From an uncultured Chloroflexia bacterium (lineage in GTDB: Bacteria; Chloroflexota; Anaerolineae; JAAYZQ01): a stretch of 64,000 nt of DNA. Each line of letters opens with the position of its first letter. Within the stretch, counting starts at the first letter, position 1. Below are positions 27,908 to 39,086 of the stretch, in pieces. A program made the translations under genes and the position numbers. The stretch is taken from contig CAVOXA010000022.1 of NCBI GenBank assembly GCA_963700285.1, positions 128,001-192,000 on the forward strand. Direction: 5' to 3'. The notes under the pieces were generated by a model. It saw nothing but the letters and a program-made list of their open reading frames with translations. It did no database searches and was not told the DNA's origin.

Positions 27908-29782
27908 TCAGTACCGCAGCCAGCGATCATCGTTGTACAGGGCAAAGTATAGCGGCGTGAAGGAGGGGTGGGTGGCCCAATTGTACAGTTGATCCTCGCA
28001 GTACTCTACCGTGCTGCTGCGAAAGACCATGCCTCGCTCGAAGGTTTGCAGCGTAGCACAGAAACCCTTCTCTTCCTCGCGGGCCCAGCCCACCGCGCTG
28101 GACGGGCCGTCCAGGTGTTCTCGCCAGAGCCAGCCGAAACCGCGGACCGGCTCCTGCAGGCCTGGCGGCGGGCTCATCCCAACGCCGTTGGGATTGCTGC
28201 CATCCCACCTCAATGCTGGTGGGGTCTCCCACCAATGGCCGGCATTGGGGTCATTGCCGTTCAGAAGGTACAGGACATAGACCTTGTCGTTGTCGCTTCG
28301 CCACCACATGTAGCCCCGCTCAAAGGGCTGCCAGGCAGCCCATACCGTGTTGGCTCCGGCGACGGGGCAGCCTAACAGAGAACGGTCCCAGACTCCGGCC
28401 AGTTGAGGATCTGCCTGCAGCGCGCAGGTGGGCGGCGGAACAAGCGTGTTGGGCGGGGGCGCGGTTGGGCGTGCTTCTGCGGTCTGTGTCGCTGCGCGGG
28501 CCTCCTGCATGGCTCCGTCAGCCGACCGAGTTGCCGCCTGAGCATACTCTGTTGCACCTACGGCGGCCGTCTGTGTGTGTTGCCGCTGGGCTGCCTGGGC
28601 CGTGGCCTCCTGCCTCTCCTGCTCCCCGGCCTCAGCGATTCCGGTGGCTGCCACGCGGGTACTCTGTTCCTGGGTGGTCGCCGCCACAACCTGCAGCGTG
28701 GCCTGGAGCGCCGTCTCTGTGGCCGCGGGGGCGACGAGGGCCACAGGTGTGCCGGAGGCAGCCCCGGCAGGCTCCCGGGTTGGCGGGGGCGCCTTGGGAA
28801 GCAAGAATTGCGCGGTTACCAGCACGGCCAAAGCCAGGACCAGCACCGCCGCGGCGAGGCTCAGGCCGATGACCAGCCTTCGAGTGGCATGCCTAGCGGC
28901 GCCTTGCGGCTTTGTGGCGCGGACAACGGGCTGTGGCGTCCTGACAACGGCCCCGGTCAGCGCGCGACGGTAGGCTTCGCTGAGCGATCTGCCCGACTGG
29001 AACCGATCGTTGGGTTGCTTGGCCAGTGCTTTGACGAGTACGGACTCGATGGCGGGAGTCAACTTTGGGTTCAACTGGCGCGGAGGAGTGGGTGCTTCGT
29101 AGATCAGCTTGTGGATGGTGGCGTGGGGCAGTGTGCCCTGGAACGGTACCTGTCCGGTCAACATCTGGTACAGTACCGCTCCCAACGCGTAGAGGTCGGT
29201 GCGATGGTCAACGTGTCCTGCCTCGACCTGCTCAGGCGCCATGTAGGGTGGAGAACCGATCAGAACCCCGGTGCGGGTCAGATGGACGGTCTCCCAGGCT
29301 GCCTTGGCAATGCCAAAGTCAGTCAGCGTCACGTGGTCGCCCGGGCCGACAAAGATGTTGGCCGGCTTGACGTCGCGGTGGACGACGCCCTGCTGGTGGG
29401 CATGGTCCAGGGCTTGGGCGATCTGGTCCACGATACGGGCCGCCCGCCCTGGATGCAGCCGACCTTCCTGGGCGATGAGCTGTGCCAGGGTCTGGCCCTC
29501 CAGATACTCCATGGCGATGTAGTAGAGGCCCTCAGCCTGACCCATGTCATAGATGTGGACGATGTTGGGGTGGAGCAACTGGGCCGAAGCCCAACCCTCT
29601 CGCTGAAAACGGACCACGAATTCCTCGTCGTGGGCGAAATAGGAGGGGAGGACTTTGAGGGCCACGTAGCGGTTGAGAGACGGCTGGCGGGCGCGGTATA
29701 CGACTCCCATACCCCCCCGGCCGACCTCAACCAGGTCACGATAGTTGCCAAGGGGCTTGCCGGTCAAGCTCGATGCTGCCAC
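27908..29782 (-). CDS. Hanks-type Ser/Thr protein kinase with TM and extracellular domain
   Basis: VGRGGMGVV, VALK, HRDVKPAN, DFG, GSPPYMAPE; likely GTG start at 29782 after GAGGAG. Confidence 0.95.
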   Translation of the reverse strand: MAASSLTGKPLGNYRDLVEVGRGGMGVVYRARQPSLNRYVALKVLPSYFAHDEEFVVRFQREGWASAQLLHPNIVHIYDMGQAEGLYYIAMEYLEGQTLAQLIAQEGRLHPGRAARIVDQIAQALDHAHQQGVVHRDVKPANIFVGPGDHVTLTDFGIAKAAWETVHLTRTGVLIGSPPYMAPEQVEAGHVDHRTDLYALGAVLYQMLTGQVPFQGTLPHATIHKLIYEAPTPPRQLNPKLTPAIESVLVKALAKQPNDRFQSGRSLSEAYRRALTGAVVRTPQPVVRATKPQGAARHATRRLVIGLSLAAAVLVLALAVLVTAQFLLPKAPPPTREPAGAASGTPVALVAPAATETALQATLQVVAATTQEQSTRVAATGIAEAGEQERQEATAQAAQRQHTQTAAVGATEYAQAATRSADGAMQEARAATQTAEARPTAPPPNTLVPPPTCALQADPQLAGVWDRSLLGCPVAGANTVWAAWQPFERGYMWWRSDNDKVYVLYLLNGNDPNAGHWWETPPALRWDGSNPNGVGMSPPPGLQEPVRGFGWLWREHLDGPSSAVGWAREEEKGFCATLQTFERGMVFRSSTVEYCEDQLYNWATHPSFTPLYFALYNDDRWLRY

Positions 29783-30148
29783 GTTGACTCCTCTGTCAGG
29801 TCGTAGGTGAGGGTCCTCGCTGTCACTGTCGCTCTGCGGTCTAGTCCTAATCCGTACTTTGGGGCTGCCGTCCCAGACCCTTGACGGTGGTCGGCCTGGG
29901 GAAATCTGGTCTTCTGCACAGGGGTGATTGCTTCTGTGCACAGTTTACCCCAGTATACCACCACTTTGCCTGGCTGGCAAAAGGGAAGCAACGATACCTC
30001 CCCATACCCAATTGGACGGGCTTGGAACTGCCAAGCAACAGAATCCTGAATTGACCTGACCTGCACTCTGTGCTAGAATACAGGGGCAGCGATCAACCCT
30101 GGACACGCCAGATGCATCTGAAGCTTTTGGTGTGACACAATCGCTACC

Positions 30149-30177
30149 TTGCATTTTCTACCGATTTATGATATAAT
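30149..30177 (+). promoter_or_regulatory. Sigma70-type promoter with extended -10
   Basis: TTGCAT-N17-TATAAT with TGn. Confidence 0.7.
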
Positions 30178-30377
30178 CAGACAGTACACTAGGGTTTTAT
30201 CCTGGATGGGGTTGGGCACATAGCTGCCGCCCCCGTGGGTGCTCACCTTCGGGATGCCGGCCTGATGGCTTGGTTTTTTGGCCTGCCGGTCCTGAGCACC
30301 AAAGACGGGCCTGTTCTCGGCTGAGCGGAGGGCCTGTCTGGATTGGAGCCGGAGGATTTGATCAAGGGGGTGCTACC

Positions 30378-33300
30378 GTGATACGATGGCTTGTCACCAT
30401 ACTGGTTGTCCTGCTCCTGGCGGGTCTAGCGTTTTCGGCGCCTGGGTGGCTGCCGGAGCTGCTGGCCCCTCTTCTGGTGGACCCATTCCTTGTCGAAAGC
30501 GCGACGACGCTGGCACAGCTCATCCTGCTCGTGCTTGCCGGCCTTTGCGCCATCGTCGGGGTCCGCTGGGCAATCCGCGGCCACAGGTCCGGCTTCCAGG
30601 TGATGGATGCGGACGATCTGGAGGCCGCCGCGGCCCGAGCCGCCGCCGCAGCATCGACGGTCCCGGACGCAACTGAGGAGGATGCGTCGTCAGAGGCGGG
30701 CGCGCCCTCAGAGGACCTGAGCGGGGAAGGGCCAGGCGATGGAGGCGGGGAACGCGCGCCCGATGCGGCAGCCATCCCCGACGAGCCCGCGACCGCCCCG
30801 GTTGAGGGAGAGAACATCCTGACCCTTTCTCTCTTTGGACCCGATGGCGCCATCCCCCCCGGCAGTCTAACGCCGAACCGGGACCAATCCGTCGATGAGG
30901 CTCCTCTGGAGGCGTCTCCTGCAGAAGACATAGAGCTTCTGAGCGAGGCGCTGTTTGGTGTGGCTGGGCCGCTGCCCTCGGGCAGCCTGGAGCCCGTGGG
31001 CTCGCGGTTCGTTATCAAGGCGGACCAAGAGGTCGGTGAGCCGCTGACCGGCACGGAGCCTGGCCGGGATCCCGGGCCCGCCGCCACGGCCAAGCCGCCG
31101 CCACCGCTGGTGCCAGGAGCAGGGAGGTTCAACCTTCTGGCCGATCTGCCCGACTTTTTTGGGCGCCAGGCTGAGCTGGCCCAGGTGCGAGATCATCTCC
31201 TGCAGGCTTCAGGAACCGCCGGCCGGCAGACGCTGTCGATCAGCAGCCTGGCAGGCATGGGCGGAGTGGGCAAGACCGCGTTGGGCCTCCACCTGGCCCA
31301 TGAATTGGCCGCCGAGGGCCGCTTTCCCGACGCTCAACTTTACATCGATCTGAAGGGCTCCAGCCGGGCTCCCCTGCCCCCTGCAGCGGCCCTCGAGGCT
31401 CTGCTGACCACATTGTTGGGCCCTGACGCGCAGCGTCCCCACGATGAGGATACGCTGGCCCATCTTTGGCGCGCGGCCCTACAGGACAGGCGGGTACTGC
31501 TGGTGCTGGATGACGCGGCGGGTTCGGCCCAGGTGCGGCCTTTGCTGCCTGGCAGCCCAACCTGCGCTGTCCTCATTACCTCCCAGCAGCGGTTTGCCCT
31601 GCCGGGAGCTGGCCGCCTGGACCTCGAACCCCTGGAGCCGGAGGACGCCCGGGCGTTCTTGCAGAACCTGGTGCCGCGGCTGGAGGATGCGGAAGCGTAC
31701 CAGATCGCCAGACAGTGTGGCGGACTGCCGCTGGCCCTGCGCATCGCGGGCAACTATTTGGCCCTCAACGATGATCTGTCGCCTGTGGTGCACGCTGCTC
31801 ATCTGGCCGGCGAAGATACGCGCCTCGATCTTTTGCGGGACCCGGGTGGGCCCGATCTGGATGTGGGAGCCACGCTGGCTTCCAGCATCGATCGTTTGAG
31901 CGAATCGATGCGGCGTTCGTGGACGATGTTGGCCTATCTGCCTGCTCCTTTTGACGTTTCCGCTGCAGCCGCGGTGTGGGGCCAGGGCGCGACGGAGGGG
32001 ACCTGGGAGCCGGCTGGACGTGGGTGAGGCGCTGGATCGCTTGCGCGCGCTGCGCAACAGCAGCTTGTTGACCTACAGCTCGCAGACAGGCCGCTACGGG
32101 CAGCAGGTATTGCTGCGCTTGGCCGCCAGCCGAGAGCTGGCACGCCTGGGCGCCGTCGCTTCGAGCTCAGGCCGGCAGATGCGCGGCTCTGAGCCCGCTG
32201 CCTGGCAGGACCTCACCGAAGGAGCCCGGCTGCGCGTGGGCCATCATTTCCTGGAGGTGGCGCGGTCAGCGGACGAGGACAAGCGCTACGGCGAGCTGGA
32301 CCTGGATTGGCCGCACCTGCGGGCGGCGCTGGAGTACGCCAGGCAACTGGATGCGGATCTGTTCTCGGAACTGGTCCAGGTATTGAACAACTATTGGAGT
32401 GCCAGGGGCATGGCCCGTGAGCAGGTGGTGTGGAATGACCTTGCCGCCAAAGGCTCTAGCCGCGCTGGCCGGCAGGACATAGAGGGCATTCATCTGGGCG
32501 CTTTGGGGGCCGCCTACGACGAGTTGGGCGAACCCCAACAGGCAATCGAGGCCTACGGCCGGGCCATCCGGGCCAGCCGTGCCAGCGGTGACCAGGATGG
32601 TGAGGCCAGCTATCTGCGAGGTGTGGGCTTGGCTTATCAGGAGTTGGGCGACACCGAGCGGGCCATGCACTACTACCAGCAGTCGTTGGACCTGAACCGC
32701 GAGAAGGGCAACGTACCGGGCGAGGCGTCTGCCCTGGCTTGCCTGGGACATGCTCATGCGGAGCAAGGCGACTACCGGCGAGCCGTCGGCTGCTATCAGC
32801 AGGCCGTCGGCCTGGCCCAGGAGATCGGTGACCGCCAGGCGGAGGGGGCATGGCTTGGTGCGCTGGCGCGGTGCTATGCCGAGCTGGGCGATGTGCATCA
32901 GGCCATAAACACATCGGAGCGGGCGCTGGCCATCGTGCGGGCCAGCGGCAACAGGCGCGAAGAAGCTGCCCTCCTGGTCATTCTGGGCGAGGCCTATGCC
33001 CAGGTAGACCAAGGAGCGGCAACACGAGACGAGGCTGGCGGGCAAAGCCGCGTGGACGCGGCGCGCACCTGGGATGGCGTGGGATTCGATGGCCCCACGG
33101 CGGAAGGCCGGGCCTGGGGCGAAGAGGTTGAGCTGACGCCCATTCGCCAGATCCTCGTGCCAGCGCTACGGGGGATTGAGGTGTGGGTTGAGACCCCCTT
33201 CCCACCAGACCTGGACCTCGCGGACATTGTCGTTCAGCAGCCAGCGGCGGAAGGGCCGGGCGATGTGGCAGCGCGATGCGGCGACGACGGTGATGTGGAC

Positions 33301-35031
33301 CTTTTTGTCCAGGATATCTGGGCGACCAGGCCCCCCCTTACGCTGGGGAGGTGGGAGACCCTTGCCTTTCGCATCAAGAATCAGGGGACGGCCTCAACTT
33401 GCCAGCGTTTCTACATTCGGATGTGGTTCGACGGCACCCTGATCCGTACCTGGTACGTGGACGGGTTGGGAGCGGGGCGAACGGCCGTCGGCAGGGTGCA
33501 GGTCAAGGTGGCGGAACCTGGCAGCCATCAGATCAGGGTTCAGGTTGATTGCAGCCATCGTGTCAGCGAGACCAACCCGGACAACAACTTTCGGACCGAG
33601 ACCTGGGTCTGGGGCGAGCCGCGGGGCGCGGCGGCGCCTGGTGGTCAATCTGGACAGCCTGCCGTCGAGGAGATCGAGGCCCGCCTCGCTGGCCCGGAGC
33701 CCTTGCTGACCGAGTGGGGCGAGGAAGCTGAACTGGCCGGGATCAAGCAGATCATGCTGCCCTCGTTGTATGGGGTGGATGTGAGAACCAGCCAGGACCC
33801 GCAAGTCCAGCCTTTGGACTGGGGTGAGGGTATGCGCACCGCTGCCGGCCAGGCAGACCTCGTCGTTCAGGATATCTGGTCGACCTCGACGCCGCTCACC
33901 CTGGAGGACTGGACTACCATCGCTTTTCGTGTTCGAAACCAGGGCGCGCTCTCGATTTCTGCCCGCTTTTACGTGCGGATGTGGCTGGAAGACACGGTGG
34001 CCGGCACCTGGTACCTGGATGGCCTGGAAGCTGGCCGTACGGCCGTCGGCTGGGTACAGGCCAAGGTGGCGGAGGCCGGCAGCTATACCATCAGGGTCTA
34101 CGCGGACTATGGCGATGCGGTGCCCGAGGCCAGTGAGGACAACAACGAGCGGATCGAGAGCTGGGTCTGGGGCGGGGAAGCGGTTGAGCCACCCTGGAGT
34201 GGCAGCTACGATCCAGAACAGGAAGAGGCGTTGCTCGCCGGTCCCGTACCTGGGCCCCATGACTGGGGCACAGAACGAGAGCTAATCCGGATCAGACAAA
34301 CCGTGCTCCCGCCTGTACCGGAGGGCGACCAGGTCTACGACGAGAGCCAGACCATCAGCAGGATAGGGGTGGACCTCGCTGTCCTCGACATCTGGTCGCC
34401 TTCGGAACCCCTGGTAGCTGGGGAATGGGAGACCATCGCTTTTCGTATCGTGAACCAGGGGACCGATGCTGCTGACCCCCGTTTCTACACGCGCATGTGG
34501 TTCGACCGCATCCTGATCCGAACCTGGTATGTCGACGGCCTGGCGTCTGGGGCCACTGGCATCGGCTGGGTGCAGGTGCGGGTAGCGGATCCCGGCAGCC
34601 ACCAGATCAGGATCCAGGTCGATGTGACCAGCGCCGTCTCGGAAGCGGACGAGGAGAACAATGTGCGATCCGAGACCTGGGTCTGGGAGGAGCCGCGGCC
34701 CGCCCAGACCTCTACGGTGCCGGTGGAACCAGCACTGGTGGCCGTGCCGCCGGTGGCCGGACCACCTGTGGCCACACCACCGGTGGCCGTGCCGCCGAAG
34801 GAGTTTGTGGAGGGTAAAGTTGGGACAGCCATCACGGGCCAACTGCCGGCGGCGGCTCCCATCGGCATCGGCACCGCCGGAACCGGCACCGCCGGAACCG
34901 GCACCGCCGTCAAAGGCACGGGCCAGGCACAAAGCCGCGAGTTGTGGGCCAAAGCCCTGGAGATCTATCAAGAGATAGGCGACCCCCGCAGCGGGGAGGT
35001 GCGTGCCAGGTTGGATGCGCTGGACAATTGA
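30378..35031 (+). CDS. Membrane-anchored NB-ARC/STAND-TPR protein with three CARDB-like domains; frameshift near 32013
   Basis: Two N-terminal TMs, acidic linker, FFGR, GMGGVGKT, LVLDD, GGLPLAL, TPRs, three DL.V.DIW...F...NQG...V.E..E.NN domains, terminal TPR helix. Confidence 0.8.
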
Positions 35032-35051
35032 TTCGATAGCAAAAGGCCGGA

Positions 35052-35090
35052 CAACAGAGCTCCAAGGGTTCTCCTTGGAGCTTTTGTTTT
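35052..35090 (+). terminator. Rho-independent terminator
   Basis: AGCTCCAAGG/CCTTGGAGCT stem followed by a T-rich tail. Confidence 0.7.
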
Positions 35091-35091
35091 C

Positions 35092-35120
35092 TTGCAGTTT
35101 TCAATGATTTATGATATAAT
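35092..35120 (+). promoter_or_regulatory. Sigma70-type promoter with extended -10
   Basis: TTGCAG-N17-TATAAT with TGn. Confidence 0.7.
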
Positions 35121-35217
35121 CTCTCATGTTCGCCTATAAACCAGCTTGTCCGCTGCTCTGGCCGGGGCATTTGCCCACGTTGGCTCAGCCCACGGACTCG
35201 GGTGATCGGAGGTAGGG

Positions 35218-38200
35218 ATGATGAGTGCAGGACTGGTCAGGAAGGGTAGAAGGGGAGTTGGTATAGCGACCATGTTGCTGGCGGTACTGTTGCTCTTGGG
35301 AACGGCCCAGGCGGCGCCACCCGAGCCTTATATGGTCAAGGACATCAGGTCTGGAGCTGGCGCTTCGGATCCCAGGGACCTGGAGAGTGCGGGTGGGCTC
35401 CTGTACTTTGTGGCCAATGACGGCGCAAGCGCGCACGACGACGAGCTGTGGCGCAGCAATGGCAGTGAGGGCGGTACCATCCTGGTCAAAGACATCAAAC
35501 CTGCTGGCCCTTCCGCCCCATACGAGCTGACGGCGGTTGGCGCCCGGGTGTTCTTCCGGGCGGACGATGGAACCTATGGCCGGGAGCTGTGGGTCAGTGA
35601 TGGTGGTGAAGCAGGTACCCGCAAGGTCAAGGACATCAACCCCGGGGCTGGAAGCTCGTATCCCAGCGGTCTGACGGCGGTGGGCGGGCACGTCTTTTTC
35701 CACGCGGACGATGGGGCCCTGGGCCACGGCCGGGAGCTTTGGGAAAGCGACGGGACGGAGCTCGGTACGGCCCTGGTCCGCGATATTAATCCAGGCGCCG
35801 GGGGCTCCAATCCCGGGCACCTGGTGGAGGTGGGCGGAATCCTCTATTTTAGCGCCGAGAAGGGCGACAGTGGAGACGAGTTGTGGCGCAGCGACGGGCT
35901 GGCCGCGGGGACCAGCATGGTCAAAGACATCAGGCCCGGCGCCCTGGGGTCCTACCTGGAAGACCTGGTCAACGTGGGCGGCACGCTGTTCTTTAGCGCC
36001 GATGATGGGACGTCAGGCCGGGAGCTGTGGAAGAGCAATGGCACCGACGCCGGCACCGTCCGCGTCAAGGATATCAATGCTGGCGCTGGGAGTTCCAACC
36101 CCCAGGCGCTGGCGGACTTGAACGGTGTTTTGATCTTTAGCGCCGATGATGGCGCTGGGCACGGCCGGGAGCTGTGGAAGAGCGATGGTACGGCCGGGGG
36201 TACGGTCATGATCAAGGACATTGTCCCCGGCAGCGGCAGTTCGACGCCGGAGAGTTTTACGGCGGTCAGCACCTCCGCCTTCCAGGGCTTTTTGTTTGCC
36301 GCCAGCGACGGGCCGTCGGGTGGCCACGGCAACGAGTTGTGGAAGAGCGATGGGACGGAATCTGGCACGAGCATGGTCCGGGACATCAATTCCGGCAGTG
36401 CGGGCTCTTATCCGCAGAGTCTGGCTTCCGTGGGCGGCTGGGTGTTCTTTAGCGCCGATGACGGGGCGGCGGCGCCTGGCGGGCACGGTCGCGAGCTGTG
36501 GAAGAGCAATGGCAATCAGGCGGACACGGTCCTGGTGGCGGACATCAACGACGGGCCGGCGTCCTCGAACCCGAACGCTCTGGAGGCCGAGGGCGGCCTA
36601 CTCTTTTTCAACGCCAACGACGGGGAGCATGGTTCCGAGTTGTGGGCCCTGGTGGCCTACGCCCCCGACCTGGTGATGTCCAAGCAGGTCGCCCCGGCCA
36701 CGACGGTGGCGCCGGGGGATGTGGTGACCTATGCCCTTTCCTTTGTGAATGATGGCAACGCTGTGGCCACCGGCGTGGTGGTCAGCGACGAATTGCCTGC
36801 TGAGCTGACCGAGGTTCGGGTCGAGAGCGATCTGGTTTTATCGCCTGTGGCCGGGACCGCCTACCAGTGGGGCGTGGCTGACCTGGCGCCGGCCGAAGGC
36901 GGCCTGATCACCATCACGGCGGTGATCCAGCCGATGCAGGACCGGGGCTACAGCTTTGGCAACACGGCCGCCATCGCCACGACTGCCCAGGATTCCGACC
37001 TGAGGAACAACGAGGCGTCGGTGAATGTAACCGTCAATTACCCGCCGCTGGGGAAGGATGACGGGTACACGACGCAGGAGGACGAGGGACTCTCGGTCTC
37101 TGCGCCCGGGGTCCTGGACAACGACAGCGATCCTGAGGACAGCCCGCTGACCGCTGTGTTGGATGCGCCGCCGGCCGTAGGCGTGTTAGAGCTGAATGCG
37201 GATGGTTCCTTCACCTACGCGCCCCAACCCAACTATCACGGCGCTGTTACCTTTGACTACCATGCGCACGACGGCATGTTTGACTCCAACAGCAGCAGAG
37301 TGACCGTCAGCGTGGCGCCGGTCAATGATGCCCCCGTGGCGGTGAACGATGGTTACAGGACCATCGAGGACGTGGCCAAGTCGGTGCCGGCCCCGGGTGT
37401 GCTCTTGAATGACCAGGACGACGATGGCGACCCGCTGACCGCCGTTCTGGACAAGGCCCCGGAAAAGGGCGAGCTGGACCTCAGGCCCGATGGCTCGTTC
37501 ACCTATACGCCCAAGCCCGATTCAAATGGTGTGTTCAGTTTTACCTATCGCGCCTATGATGGTCAATTGGAATCGCAGAAGGCAACCGTGACCCTGGAGG
37601 TGGCCGCCGAGAACGACGCGCCGCGGGCCCATGATGATGGCTACAGTACCAAGGAGGACGAGGTGCTTCGCCTGCGCGCGCCCGGAGTTCTCGAGAACGA
37701 CGACGACCCCGACGGCGACGACCTGACCGTCTTCCTGGACAAGCCGCCGGAAGAGGGCGAGCTGGCGCTGCTGCCCGATGGTTCCCTGCTCTATACGCCG
37801 ACGCTCAATTACCACGGGCAGGTGAGCTTTGTCTACCACAGCAGCGATGGCATCGGCGGATCGGACCAGGCTACGGTCACGCTGGACGTCACCCCGGTCA
37901 ACGATGTGCCGGAGGCGCTGTCTGACAACTACAAGACGCTGACCAACCAGGTGCGGCAGGTTGCCGCGCCGGGGGTGTTGGGCAACGACCGGGACGTGGA
38001 GGGCGATGCGCTGACTGCGGTGCTGGATACAGATCCAGCCAAGGGCGACCTCGAGTTCGCCGCCGATGGCTCCTTCGTCTATACGCCCAAGCCTGATACG
38101 GAGGGGGTGTTTCCCTTCAAGTATCACGCGAATGATGGTACGGACGATTCAGAGCAGGCCATTGTTACCCTCACCGTCGCGGCGACGAACGAGGCCCCTA

Positions 38201-38796
38201 CGGCTGAGGGGGACAAATACACCACCGCCGAGGAGACCAAGCTGGTCGTCCCCGCGCCGGGCGTGCTGGACAACGACGACGACCCTGATGGTGACCTGTT
38301 GACCGCCCGTCTGGAGGCGCCGCCACTCCACGGCGACCTGCTCCTGGATTCCGATGGGTCCTTTGTCTTTCGCCCGGCGAAGGACTATTACGGACCGGAT
38401 TCGTTCACCTATCGCGCCTACGATGGGCTGGAGGAATCGTTGCCGGTGTCCGTGAACCTGACCGTGACACCCGTCAACGACGCCCCCGAGGCGATGAATG
38501 ACGCCTACCTGACCACAGATAAGAAGGCCCTGGAGATTCCCGGGCCTGGCGTGCTGGCCAACGACCGGGACGTGGAAGGCGATCCGTTACAGGCGCTGCT
38601 GGATACGCCCCCGCAGGAGGGCACGTTAAAGCTCAACGACGATGGATCCTTCCGCTATGAACCGGTGGAGGGCCGCTTTGGCGCCTTTGCCTTCACCTAC
38701 CGGGCCAGCGACGGCCATCTGAATTCCAGTCCGGCCACGGTGACCATCACCGTCGCCCCGTCGCTCCCGGTCTATCTGCCGCTCATTCGCCGCTAG
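35218..38796 (+). CDS. Secreted surface protein: ELWxxDGT propeller repeats, DUF11-like domain, six cadherin/Ig-like repeats, C-terminal VYLPLIRR
   Basis: Signal peptide; eight to nine ELW repeats; six NDAP.A..D.Y...GVL.ND.D..GD.L repeats. Confidence 0.9.
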   Translation: MMSAGLVRKGRRGVGIATMLLAVLLLLGTAQAAPPEPYMVKDIRSGAGASDPRDLESAGGLLYFVANDGASAHDDELWRSNGSEGGTILVKDIKPAGPSAPYELTAVGARVFFRADDGTYGRELWVSDGGEAGTRKVKDINPGAGSSYPSGLTAVGGHVFFHADDGALGHGRELWESDGTELGTALVRDINPGAGGSNPGHLVEVGGILYFSAEKGDSGDELWRSDGLAAGTSMVKDIRPGALGSYLEDLVNVGGTLFFSADDGTSGRELWKSNGTDAGTVRVKDINAGAGSSNPQALADLNGVLIFSADDGAGHGRELWKSDGTAGGTVMIKDIVPGSGSSTPESFTAVSTSAFQGFLFAASDGPSGGHGNELWKSDGTESGTSMVRDINSGSAGSYPQSLASVGGWVFFSADDGAAAPGGHGRELWKSNGNQADTVLVADINDGPASSNPNALEAEGGLLFFNANDGEHGSELWALVAYAPDLVMSKQVAPATTVAPGDVVTYALSFVNDGNAVATGVVVSDELPAELTEVRVESDLVLSPVAGTAYQWGVADLAPAEGGLITITAVIQPMQDRGYSFGNTAAIATTAQDSDLRNNEASVNVTVNYPPLGKDDGYTTQEDEGLSVSAPGVLDNDSDPEDSPLTAVLDAPPAVGVLELNADGSFTYAPQPNYHGAVTFDYHAHDGMFDSNSSRVTVSVAPVNDAPVAVNDGYRTIEDVAKSVPAPGVLLNDQDDDGDPLTAVLDKAPEKGELDLRPDGSFTYTPKPDSNGVFSFTYRAYDGQLESQKATVTLEVAAENDAPRAHDDGYSTKEDEVLRLRAPGVLENDDDPDGDDLTVFLDKPPEEGELALLPDGSLLYTPTLNYHGQVSFVYHSSDGIGGSDQATVTLDVTPVNDVPEALSDNYKTLTNQVRQVAAPGVLGNDRDVEGDALTAVLDTDPAKGDLEFAADGSFVYTPKPDTEGVFPFKYHANDGTDDSEQAIVTLTVAATNEAPTAEGDKYTTAEETKLVVPAPGVLDNDDDPDGDLLTARLEAPPLHGDLLLDSDGSFVFRPAKDYYGPDSFTYRAYDGLEESLPVSVNLTVTPVNDAPEAMNDAYLTTDKKALEIPGPGVLANDRDVEGDPLQALLDTPPQEGTLKLNDDGSFRYEPVEGRFGAFAFTYRASDGHLNSSPATVTITVAPSLPVYLPLIRR

Positions 38797-38821
38797 GGCA
38801 TCCGTCGCGCGATAGGGACTG

Positions 38822-38860
38822 AAAGAATGGTCCAGTCTGGCAGGGACTGGACCATTCTTT
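38822..38860 (+). terminator. Terminator hairpin
   Basis: AAAGAATGGTCCAGTC/GACTGGACCATTCTTT perfect 16-bp stem. Confidence 0.75.
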
Positions 38861-39086
38861 GTGCAGGATCACCCATGGCTGTCCTGGGTTTCTGTATCAA
38901 CCTCGCGGTCAGTCAGCCTTCGTCCTTGGCTCACACAGGGTCCGTCCCAAAGCAGACTCCCACCGAAAGCGAACCACTACCTGTCCTGGCGACGACTAGA
39001 CCTGCCCGCGCCCTTGTGGTAGAATAGCGCTGTGCTGGCAGTCCTATAACGCATCGAAACGTACCTCAGCCGGGTAAGGAGGCATC

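Noticed and set aside
30185-30312. Possible riboswitch in the long leader (GGTGCTCA...TGAGCACC stem)
   Set aside because: A hairpin is possible, but I could not match it to c-di-GMP, c-di-AMP or other known consensus; needs an Rfam search.
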